A stretch of 64,000 nt of DNA, taken from positions 326,123-390,122 of the forward strand of contig BDGG01000011.1 in assembly GCA_001949185.1 (NCBI GenBank). Reading direction: 5' to 3'. Each line of letters begins with the position of its first letter. Position 1 is the stretch's first letter. Below the pieces are notes generated by a model. That model made no database searches, was not told the origin of the DNA, and saw only the letters and a list, made by a program, of their open reading frames with translations. This DNA is from Ramazzottius varieornatus (taxonomy: Eukaryota; Animalia; Tardigrada). A program made the position numbers and the translations under genes. Shown piece after piece: positions 1-11,923 of this stretch.

Positions 1-10
1 CGTTGTGTAG

Positions 11-1147
11 GTTCGAGCGGTGGTGATCGGGACTCAGCTTGGGGATCAGCTGGTTCTTCTTACGGTGGCCGCACAACTTCCCGCTACGGATCGTACGGAT
101 CGGACACCACCAGGGGTCGCTATGGTTCAGGCTCTGATCGAGATCGAGAATGGTCCAGCGTTGGTTCCGGCTCCTCAGCTGGACTGTCTCCCTACGCTGC
201 TCGTGATCGTTTCGACCGCAATGAGGCTTACCTTCGCATTGACACCGAACTGGTCAAGCTGACCAACGAAAAGGTCTCACAAACCGACGAACTTTTCCAG
301 AAAAATATATCTATCAATAACTTATGTTGTTTTCAGGGTCTCGTTAGCACGGGAAAATCCTGCGACACTTTCGGAGCCTGTGACACGGTAAGGTATTCAC
401 CATTGCCTGAGCCACTTACAAGCATTTTTCTGCAGTTAGTACTGTACATGTATTTTGTTCAGCGATGCCAGATATTAAGGCATTTTGTGCGTGTGTAGAT
501 TTGCTTTGGTTATATTGACACCGAACGACCCAACGCCGAGTTCCCCGGATCGCGCGACAGTAAATACTGGCCTCAAGTATGGTACCTCTGTGCAGCTTCT
601 GCTTCGTCCCCCGACATTTCCCTGACGATGATTACGTCCAAGCGTTATTTTTACTTCCAGCTTTTCGAGACCGATGACAACAACAGCCCCGCTTTCACCA
701 AGGCTAACTTGACTCGCGACGTTTGCGGAGTTCCGTACCGCGTAAGCTCTTGGGCAAGACAACACGCATGAATTATAATTCTTACCTTGATTTTGGACTG
801 TAGAGCGCCGTTCTTCGAGTGTTGTGCGAGGACAAAGACGGTATCGGCGCCAACGACCTCATCAACAATTGGGACTGCAACATTCAGCGCGACCCTGAAG
901 GCGAAACCTACGCTTCGTGGCATACCGGCGAATGCCTTGCCAAATTCCAAGCTGACAAAATGAAGTAAGCTTCCTCTTCCTTCAAGTTCTTCACTTGTCA
1001 ACCGATCATCTCTTCTCCCACAAAATGCCAAATCTGACTAACTTTTACAGATTGACTTTCCGTTACAAAATTTACCAAATCCCTAAGAGCCGTTGCGACC
1101 CCAAGAAAGGAGCCTTGCAAGATACCACCACTCCAAGAAGCGGTTAA
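11..1147 (+). CDS. 5'-truncated multi-exon gene: Gly/Ser/Arg-rich linker followed by a Cys-containing C2-like domain
   Basis: Manual splicing of exons 11-273, 337-387, 499-576, 661-741, 804-964 and 1051-1147 (all GT-AG) gives one frame: GKSCDTFGACDTICFGYID...DDNNSPAF...LRVLCEDKDGIGANDLINNWDC...LTFRYKIY. The NNSP-F and LRV-xDxDxxxxxDLI motifs resemble perforin-type or Notch-ligand C2 domains. Confidence 0.65.
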
Positions 1148-4100
1148 AAAACTTCATCAACCAGTTTGATGTCAATCCATTCAACCAGATTTCGTTGTCC
1201 ATTTGTCCGTTACACTACCTACGTTCAATATCCTCTTCGAAAGAACTTTTCATGAACTGTACGCAACTTCAGCCACGGTACACGTACGTTGAAGATTAGA
1301 AGACAATCTACCCATGATATGTTTTACATAACGGAGAAAAACTCCCCACCAACGCATTGATTAGAGGAAAGGGTCGCAGAGAGCAGCGGAAGGAAATGGG
1401 CTGAAATACTGCGCGCCTGTGGCTCGAGCTGTCGAGGCGAGCAGCATGTGATCATAAGCGCCTGGAAAAAGCAATCGACATCGAGAACCAGACAAACCAG
1501 TTCCCGGATAGATCATCAGTCGGATGGCGCTCAAATGTAATCATGGTGGTACATGTTGAAGGCGGCAGCTATGGAGTGTAACTATCGGTCAATGACCAAG
1601 TGTACCCTGTGGAAAGATCTTTTAGCTTCCGCCATCAAACACCAACTTCAAACGACTTACCACATCACCAAGGAGACATCCCAACCATCTTATGGAAATA
1701 CTCCAGCACAACCCAAATTTTAGCGACAAAGAAAATACTACAGTAAAACCAAATTATAACGATAAAGATTAACCGTAGCAAATTACTGAAATTTTTAATG
1801 TCGTCCGTCCGGCCAGTTTTCCTACGAGGCAAAAGACGTATTGTGCGGCTGTGAAGCCTCGTCTCTGCGTAACAAAATGGCCAGAAGGACTCCATCATGA
1901 ATTTTGGAGTTTTGCTTCGGGAAACCCAATGTGTGTGCGGTATTTTTCTACCGCCTTTTTGCGGTGCTGAGTTCGGCAATTTTGCAGCGAATCTCCGAGT
2001 TCTCAGAACCGGACCAAGGGAAAAATTATGAACAAAAATATTGAGGTGGGGCGCCACCTCCACGAAGCGGAAACGCTAAAGCGAAGTTCTTTGTTGCGCA
2101 GACTTTCGAGCCGCTCGTTCTACATTATATACAACGGGGAGGATGGGAATCAGTGAGAGAACAGTAAGTGAAGAAGCAAGGGAGCGCCGGCGTTTTTGTT
2201 CTATCGACCGGAAAGCCAGGCATGCGTTACAGTACATGCCTGTGACATTAGGCGGTCTGCATCCTGCTTCGTGGATTCGCACAATACATAGTGTTGAACA
2301 TTGCACAGCAGCAGATAGTCCAGTCCACTCCAGACATAGCGCCCGGCACTGTCACGACTAACATGGGGCGGATATGGGTTGCGAAAGCAGTCAGCCTTGA
2401 CTGTATACACGTCCCGTAACCTGTTTCTTCCAGCACCGCGGCCTTGTTTTGCTCACACTGGCATACCTCCATCTACGTGGCTGTACAGGTTAACGTAACC
2501 CACGTCGACTGGCCAAGCAGGAATAAGCCGCCGATGTATGTAACGGGCGCACTCGAGCACACATACGTCTGTATCAGACAACGTTGCCCCGCTCGGCTGT
2601 ATTCCACAGCCAACGATTCATCCTTGTTCCTCTCAGCGCACAACCACGGCGTATGGAATGATCAACAAGTCGAGCCAGCCTTGTGATCGAATGTTGGCCT
2701 CGAGGCGCCAGCGCGTGTGATGTTAAGGCAAGGCTATAGCCAGGACTAGCCAGCTCATTCGTTCGCCTGCTCGCCAGCCCAGCTCTTGCCGCGAGAGGAT
2801 AAGCTGCTGAAGCACACTCGTTACAGGGAAAAGTTGCGTGTTTGTCAATCCACGTCCTACCTTCACTCCTACCCTGTTCTACCTGTTGCGCTCGCATGGT
2901 CGATCGACACTTTCTCCTTGAACGTTAACTTCACACAGCTCACTTTATTACTCTTTTTCAAACGTGCACTCCCACCAACCAGCTGGCTCTCCCAGCCCAA
3001 ATCGTCGCTTCAATTCCCCCACTTCCTTCCAGTCTTTATACCCATTCCGGTTGGTCTCAACAGAGGTACCACCTTCTTCCCAGTTCCGTCTTTGGCTATC
3101 AACCACTTCCGGACCTTGGGTTCTTCCATCAACCTGACGGTGAGTCTACTTTAAATTTCAGTCGAACTTATTTTAAAATAGTCCAAACTGTGAAGACAAA
3201 ATATTCATATTATCTCAGTTCGAGATAACTGATTTTTAAATCAGCGGCTGAACGTGTACTCATATGCATACTCGTATGCTGACCATGGTGTACGGTAGTC
3301 TGGCATGTTAAAGAAGGCGATGGCTGTACCAGTCAGTCCGTTACGTGACTCCAAGTACGTAGAACATCCGCCAACGCGTTCGGAGAACCATAAGCACAAC
3401 ATTGGCTGGTTAATGAGCATAAACAAACCATCGCGGTACATATTACCAGACCAAACTGGCACGTCTACATGTACTTGTTGATGATACCTGTAAACGAGAC
3501 TGTCCATGTCATATTTAGGTCTGAGGGACCAGCCCACCTGTCGTAAATCGTTTTCAGATTTTTGAAGAAAACAAAACAACACCTTCTAGCATAGGTTGGA
3601 GGTGAAGAAGATAAAGCGAGGTTGACATGAACCTGTTGCGCTGTCGTGCGCAAACATGGGCAGGTTCTCATGGGACAAACCCTTATCGATTTTCCTTCCT
3701 TCCTTCTTCCTCGATGCGCAGTATCCAGTTTGTCGGTCGGAGTTTAATCTATGCCATGATTAATGCTGACTGGCTTATAGACTGTGAGTGGGTGCGAAGG
3801 CATGTGGCTCACTGGGGTAGCGCCTTTACAGCTCACCCCGGTACAAGTGCATGCGTCCTGTAGATGTGGCATGCGCAAACATGTGCCTGGCTGGAATATG
3901 GAATAGAGTTCAAGGAGGGACAAACGCTGGTAATGGCCCTGTTGTCGATAACATGGGCCTTTATCAGTTAACACAGGATTCTCGTCGGGCTAGTTTCGCT
4001 CGACTCGACTGGGACAAACACGGCAAATGGCAAACAGGTTTAGCCCCAGCTCATACAAGGAAGCCTTGGCGGGAGCAGTCAACTGTTCATCGCACAGTAC

Positions 4101-6361
4101 ACTGCACTGATATAGCGGCAGGAAACAGCTAAAGTCCAAAGGCTCAACCACTCTGTCATTTATTCCCACATGGATAAACAGTTGTACACAGTTGTACACA
4201 TAGTGCGCGTCTCTGTACATGAGTAGTACACTTGCGCAGCCCGATACTGTCATGAATAAGTCATGGGCGTTTCCCGGGAAAATTTGCGGCACTAAAAAAT
4301 CCAAGAACATTTTCCACAATCTGTATTAGCGAATGTGACACTCAGGGAGAAGTCTTCCTAGATTGGAATGGAATATTGGACCGACAATGTGGACTCCTCC
4401 ATGTTTTCAGAAAGCTTTGTTTGGGCGACTTTGCTTTTTGATCCAACGATACAGTGTAAACAGACGTAAGACCCTGAAGTACCCGCGCGGCTGGTCAGAT
4501 ATGACGTCGGTAATATGAAAGTCAACTTTTGGGATAGTTCAGCAATGCGACCCTCGATTTCGGTCATTGACGTTGATGGTGACGGCTGTTGCCAGTACCG
4601 GTTGTGGGAGCGTCGACGGAAGCTTGGTCTTAATCTCACTGGAGGCACACACACATATTCTATCTGACATATTCTCGATGGAGTTGCGCAGTTGCCTATA
4701 CGGCAACAAAGAGGCAGATCATGATGATCCACACATTCAATCTACCATCATAATATCCGGGTGAACGACCTGGCTGGCTGAGCTGCCATTCTGCACAGCG
4801 CTGCTGTAGTCTACATGTCCGCGCAACAGGTTACAGGTTTCATCTGTGTCTTCTCTCCATTACGAGCTACAATGCATGCGCCAGCAAGAAAATGTTCAGG
4901 CGGTATCTCCATCCTGATTTCAATGTAGCTAGGCTTGACTGTTCAATGAGTGTCTTGAGAAGTAATAGGCTGGGATGGATGGGCATGATTGAGGTCAGGT
5001 AGAGAAGGTAACGCTTTGGTGGCACTGTACTGACACAGCGCTCGAGCGAGCTGACACTCCGCAATGCATCGACCTGGCCTCACTATACCTGCATAGCATC
5101 ACACATGCAACAGGCTTTTCTTGCGGGCCAGATCGGAATATACGCTATAGCCTGCAGCCGGTGCGTTCACCATCCATGATCATTTTTGCTGGACCAGATG
5201 TACCCGCTCAGAAAGGCACCTCACCTTACAGTCGACTACCACGTTCACAGCAACGCTTCGCTTACTGAGTTGGATAGTGACAAGATTGGGTAGACATGGC
5301 TGCATTTCGGACAGGGTAACGACTGGGCTTTACGAAAAAGGGTGGTACGTACATGGGCTGCATGTAATGTGTACGGAACAACAGCAAGCCTTCTTTTACC
5401 ATCATCATCCGACGCAATCATCCATCCGAATGTCCAAGACAGCTAGCGAGACGCCACATCGCCTATTGAGCTAGCGCGCACAGATCCTAAATCGGCTAAT
5501 GGACGCCGTAACGAACGGCACAGAGGTACGCGTAGGCTGGCTCCTCTGTACCTCCACCTGTAGCTGCACACGAAACAGGACGGAGAGATCAGGTACAGAT
5601 GAAGCAAGAGACCTGTTGCCCGTACGTACAGTCTTCCGACCTTGGGCGATGTAGCCTGTGTAGTCTCAACATCAGCCTTTCCGAATCTCTCGCGTAACGA
5701 CGCACAGGCAACATCTAACGTGGCACACCATGCCTCCATCCATCCATCTAGCCAGGCCATGTCAAGCACCCCTTCATGGAGCCCTTATTGTGTTACCTGT
5801 CGCTGTAACCCCATGATCACGGTGACTGTAGCTGGTCTTTTAGTGCCGCGGGTCCAACACTTGAACCTCTCCGCCGCATGTCCTTCGTCGTCCTTATACA
5901 CCCCACTAGCGGCCTCCGTCCTCCTTCGCTCTGATCCGCGCTACTCTATACCACCATCACAACCTTCCTCTGTGTTATCCATCGATCTGTCCCCCATCCA
6001 CTGTCCTTGTCCCCCTTTTTTCTCTTGTGTCAACCTGCTGCCTCTCTTGTCTCCCACTGCGCGATCGATAAGGTCCTTCTTTCCCTAGTTTGTCGCCAAG
6101 ATCGATTTACATGTACCTGTCGTCCCACTAACAGCCTGTAAGTACTGCGAAAAGTCCATTGTGTATCGTTTTGAGCGTTACCAAATATCCCTCTAAATTT
6201 CGAGCGATGACCCAAAACTTACTTCTTGGCTACGATGATTTTTTCTAAAAATTAGCGAACTCGAAACGCGACTTACGTATTTTGTAATGCTTTTTAAATT
6301 GTGGCGACTGAGTAGTGTGCAACGACAGAATTGGTGGTACGATGATTACGCCATATGCTCT

Positions 6362-6594
6362 TGTCAGGCCGAGCGAAGCGAGGCCCTTTTAAGTCTGTCG
6401 ATATTTCAATGGACGATCAGATTCTTCGAGCTTTCACACATCGCAAACTCTGTACCGAAAACAAATGCGTGACTTGATCCGGGTCACAGAAATTTTTTAC
6501 TCGCAAGTGCACCGTAACGCAGTAGAAATGTGTGGCCTATAATCTTTTGCCTCCTTTGCTCGGCCTTCCCCGTGGTCAGAACCACTAGATAAGT
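6362..6594 (+). mobile_element. Short non-autonomous Helitron/Helentron-like element, copy 1
   Basis: 5' GGCCGAGCGAAGCGAGGC is inverted at 6549-6566 (GCCTCCTTTGCTCGGCC) and followed by the hairpin GTGGT-CAGA-ACCAC. The body is similar to 56229-56429 and the 3' end to 60489-60566. Confidence 0.6.
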
Positions 6595-8435
6595 TATGAA
6601 ATGCATGCAGATCATTGGGTTGGTTTCTCGTTTGGTCGTCGCTTTAATTGCACGATGGTCAGCATGCAGTGTAGTACGTAAAATTAATGTACAGACAGTT
6701 TATGGCAGCGCGACTGTACCTTTGACTATACGGTCCCAGGTGGCATTTGCGCTGCAGTACCTGGTGGGTACTCCGCCTTGCAAGTGAAGTACACTGAACT
6801 GCATTCCGCCATTTCCGCCTTCATGGCATGCCTGTCTTACGAGACGGTGCAGATTAGACTGACAGATATAGAGGTAGCCAAGAGAAGAGAGTTCAAGACT
6901 TTTTCTTGTTATTCGTCCTCAATAGATGTGCATGAGCAATCCGAGATGGTAAGCATGAGAGCCTACCTGTCGTATATTCTGCAACTTTGAGGTATTTCTC
7001 TGCTGTCAGGGTCCAAAACTTCTTCTCCAAAAAAAGGAGGAGCATTTCCGCGTTCTAGTTCAAACCTTTATGGTACTTCATGTAGCATAAGGTAGCATAT
7101 TCTTAAAGAAATTCCCATAAAAGCTAATCCACTGTCTGGCGACTCGCATTTACGCCACTTTCCCACGGTACACCGCCCTCATGGATAATTTCGCTTCATG
7201 CGATTTTTCTACGATAATTCAACAGGTGAATTTGAGCTGTCTGCCACAAATCTTTAGCCCCTCTTTACTCATCCCATTTTTACCTAGTCTGGACGAGAAA
7301 GTCATCAGAGTTAGACTCTGGGGGTATCACTGCATGCCCGTAAAAGGAACTGAGCTCAGGACACGTAAAACATACTGTTGGGAAAGAAGGCGCAGTCGGT
7401 TGAAGGGAAAGGAGGAAGTGAGTCAAGTGACAAAACTTCCTTGTGCAGGGTATCGTCGGCCATCTAACTTTAGCCCATCCAGACACGATCAAAATTTCCT
7501 AACGGACATGTTGCCAGTGCCAGTAGGGTAAAGCGTGCAGGAGGATAAAGAGTCCATACTCCAAGGAGTAAGGTTGCACATACCAGAATGACATTCTGGC
7601 TGAGCCTTCCTTCCTTGTGCCTGTTTGCCAAGAAAAGGCATGCAGTCAAACCAGTCTCTTTTATATTTAGCCCGGACAGAATTAAGCTCAAGCACAAGGC
7701 TGAGCAACGACAAGACACAGAGAAAGATCGGGAATGAGCCCAAGTGGATGGAAGAAAGGGGAGCACGTGCTTGCCTTTCCCATAACATGGCCTCTGTGGG
7801 ATCTGTACTTACAGGCTGACTTGTCGGGCAAGTCATGATCATACAGGCACACAGCAGTGATTTCAGCATTTTCCCCAACCAGCGCCACAGGGCTAAAGAT
7901 AGACAAACACACACACAGGCTGACAGGACAGGATACAGCTTAAACAGGCACAACCCACCCCAGCCGGTTATTCCTGTCGGCTGTCACCATCGCGCTGCGT
8001 GAACGCCCAACGCTGACGCTCAGCCCGAGCCTGTCACAGTCAGCAACAAGTCCTGTCTTCCTTTTTCCCCCACAGTCTTACTCTCACAGCCTTTCGCAAG
8101 AAGTCTACGCTCTACCATTTTCTCCTTTTGTAGAAACTTGCAGATCTTTCTAGCCCTTCCTTTCTCTGAGTTCCAGCGCTTCAATAACTTTCGACAGCCT
8201 ATTTCTCGTGAGTGCGGGAGAAGGGAAGAGATCCGTGAGAAGATTTTTATGGGAGAAGGGAAATGCTTTTCTGAATTCCGGTGTAGATTGATTGACTGAT
8301 ACTTGATTTTGTATTTGTTCATCTAATCAATACCGGATTTTTTAGGTGGCGATGACGCCATGGACTGAATTGTGTTTGCTCGTGTAAGTTATCGACTGAT
8401 TGGTGATTTTGTTTTAGGTTTTTTAACGTGAAACG

Positions 8436-11253
8436 ATGACGTCAGCCACCTTAGCACGCGGTCCGCCGGTGGACGTGCGGCAAGAGGACGACGATGACGA
8501 GGACGCCTTGATGGACGAGGAAGAGCTGGCCAGCCTGAATAGTCCTGGAGGACAAGGGAACGGCCGGGAGCAGGAAATGGAACGGGGAGGCGGACGAGGC
8601 CTGATGATCGACGAGAATGACGGCGACAGCAACAGCGAAGAGGGAATCAACTCGGTCGATGATGTCGTCGACTATTCCGGTCGCCAGAAGGCAAACAAGA
8701 GAAAGCAGCATCAGCCTGCTCCCTCCTCGGGATCCCTGTCGGATACCGAAGGCGACAACGAGATGGGAAACGGTAACCCGGAGGCTGGATATCTCCAGGT
8801 AAGACGTTCTCCAGGAAGAATTTCGAAGATAAAACGCGAAGACAATTAATTTAAATTATTTAATCTATAATGCTCGATAGACCAATCAATGATTTACCCG
8901 TTATCAAAATCAATCAAAAGAATCCGACTTCCCGGTTTCACGTCAAATGTGGCACAGAATTCACGTGGCAATCAGATGTAGTCATGATGCGAATGATCAC
9001 GTGGTCATTCTGTTGGTTTTGAAAAGGGAATTTGGCTCCTCCCTTTGTCTGACTTTTCGATAACAGGTGGCGCACCAATTCACTTCCGGTTGCGCTTACC
9101 GCCATACATTTCTCCTGGTTTCAACCAAGTTTCTTTCCGTTTTGCAGGATTACGGATACGGAAGAAACGGAGGGGACAACAACGGGACGTATCCATCAGC
9201 TGGCAGTCCAGCAGGTAGTCTGTCCGGAGCGAAAGGCGGCTCAAAGAGCGGCAAGAGTTTCATCTGCGACATCTGCATGAAGACCTTCTCCAACGCGGCC
9301 AACATGCGCCGTCACCGTGTTCGTCATTCCGGCATCAAGCCTTTCGAGTGTCGCTTCTGTCAGAAACGCTTCTTCCGAAAGGATCACATGCGGGAACACA
9401 TGAACCACAAACACAACAACACGCAGGTACGAAACATTTCTCAACCGGTCGTCTGGAGTTAATTCAGGCGCTGAGTAACTTTGTCTTTTACCTACGAAAA
9501 CCTGTCAGGTTCGTGCCGGGCACGAACCTGGCCGTTGCTCCATAGGGGAACAGAAACATACATACCCCGACAAGCTGGTTCTTCCATATGGCGTACTCCC
9601 CCAGCCAATAACACTGCAGTCGTGCGTCACTTTGGAAAACGGTCTTGACGAGTTGGTTTACAGACTACTCGTATAAATCCCAGCAACTGATCACCAGTTT
9701 TACTATCTACTTATCTGATGGGTATGATTTTCTATAGATGGAATGCTACTTTTGCCAGCAAGTTTTCGATAAAGAAAAGGACCTCTTCCAGCACGTTACA
9801 CGAGACCACGATGTCAACCCTCGCGAGCTGCACTGTCAGTACTGTTCGTTCAGCGCCACGACCATCGGACGCTTCCTCTGGCACATGACAACGTCTCATC
9901 CTCGCAAGAACTCCCACTATAGCTTGAACGACTCGCCCACCGACCACTCAGCCATCTCCATGGCTCCTTCCGTCCATTCCATGGCACCACCCAGCCCCGA
10001 CTCGCCACCCTCGCCTTCTCCCAAAGCAAGACCATCCTTCAGCGATCCTTACCAACACCTCTCACAGGCTTCACACTCTCAAACCTCCAGCCCTTCCAGT
10101 AAGACTTTGTCCACAAAAATATATCCATCTTTTACGCACCCGCATACAGCGAACCGTACATTTCATGAAGCTAAAGCTATGCGGGTTCATGTCGAAGAAT
10201 GTTTTTCGACTGCTGCCAGAATAAAAACTGGGAAGCCTACGTACAAACCTACGTACATTAGTGCAATGGTAATCACACAATGTATTGGTATGCAGGTTGA
10301 GGAAATCGGTAGGTTCATGTGCTTAGTTTTCTCGTTTCCATCTGTTTGTTTTCTTTGCAGAACGGCGCAAAGTGGCCGAGGATCTGTCTGCACATTCCAC
10401 CCTCAACGGCCTCGCCGCCTCTCTCAACCGTTCATTCTTCGGTGGGTCCACATCCACGCCCTCCTCGGACCTCCACTCGTTGGCACGTTCCCGCAGCAGC
10501 AACGCCCTCAACGGCAATGACCCCGTTCGCTACGTCTCCATCTTGCCCAACAAATTCTCTTCTTCCATAGGCGACACGAGTGCCGAAGATCTCAGTAACT
10601 ACTCTCGTAACAACAACCTCAACAATGGCAGCAGTCACAATGCCGAAGACTATAGCGAAGTCCACAAGATGCTGGCCCGCACACAAACCCACAAAATGAA
10701 CGGCAACACCAACTCCGCACTCGTCGCTGCGGCATTCGCCGCCGCTTCCGCCGCCCAGAAAGCCACACAAAATAATAACAACCCCAATTCAAGCAGTAAC
10801 ACTTCCAGCTCCAGACGAAAGTCTAAAGCGCCAGTTCGGATGGTCGAAGCCGAAGCGCCAGTGAACGGTACCGGTAACGGTAGCGGCTGTTACGAGCGAG
10901 TAGACACCAACGGTGGTTCGTCGGTAGGTTTCACGCAAAATAACCACCCCGAAGATTACTCGGGCGGGTCGAGGATGACCGCCATGCTGCAGCAGAGACC
11001 GATCAAGCAAGAGAAGGAAGCTTTGTTGAGGTCGCCGGTTGATAGTGCCGATAGTGAGGCCCAGAAGTGTCCGCATTGCTTGATCACGTACCCCGACAAT
11101 GTTCTGTATATGCTGCATAAAATGTTGCATGGAAAGGATCATCCCTACAAGTGCGCGCAGTGCTCGATACCTTTTCCCAATCGTTATGAGTTCTACGCGC
11201 ATATCGTCAATCACGGCAGCCCGGCGCCTCTCAACGGAACAGCCACGCGATGA
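8436..11253 (+). CDS. Ikaros/Hunchback-family C2H2 zinc-finger transcription factor (4 N-terminal fingers + 2 C-terminal dimerisation-type fingers)
   Basis: Exons 8436-8798, 9148-9426, 9738-10098 and 10361-11253 join in frame. N-terminal fingers include CDICMKTF..HRVRH-SGIKPF-ECRFC..HMNHKH. The C-terminal pair CPHCLITYPDNVLYMLHKMLHGKDHPYKCAQC..NRYEFYAH matches the Ikaros/Hb dimerisation fingers. Confidence 0.85.
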
Positions 11254-11923
11254 CGAACATGAAGTGAAGAATATTCCGTCAAGTTTTTGTTTTGCTGTAC
11301 TCTTTCTCAACTTTCGGTGTTTAATTTGTAATAATATGATTATTGGCAATAAGGTACACAGAGCGGCAAAGTATTGTGTCATATTTATGTCTTAGTTCTC
11401 GTACGTAGCGCTCATTCTTCCGTGGTTTTCCGTTGTTAATTTATACAAACCATACTAAGTCTAAGCTTCAGCTCTGAATAATGTTTTGGTGATACTCGAC
11501 AAAGACGTTTCCGCCGCTGTTTTTCGTGACACTTTTCTGCTTTTCTCACAGTCCGTTTTCTACCGAATTTCATAAATTTTGTACACATTAGAAAGTCCGT
11601 CGTTTTCAACCTCACAATCCTGGGCAAAAACAGTCACCGGTATTTTATCCTAGAATTTCTGACATGAGCAATTGTGTCATTCAAGTGTAAACAGAACTAG
11701 TTCCATCATTATGGGAAAAAAGACTGTTGTGAAATAAGGAGGAAACAAACACATGATGAAAACAAGGCTACACATGGTATGTAAAACATGAAAGAATGGA
11801 CAATAAAGACATAGGTGCATGCACTGTACGGACAGAGCGCTTCCAAATACTGCTACAGAACCAACTGCATTGACCTTTTTCTAGTAAATTTTTCCAAATC
11901 AGATACAAATTTCATGAACTGTG

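Noticed and set aside
2200-5250. Possible FLYWCH/MULE/SWIM transposase relic on the minus strand (FLSGYIW..., QIFPG...GC, CQC...C)
   Set aside because: The motifs are fragmentary, spread over many frames, and I found no TIRs; not supportable without a profile search.
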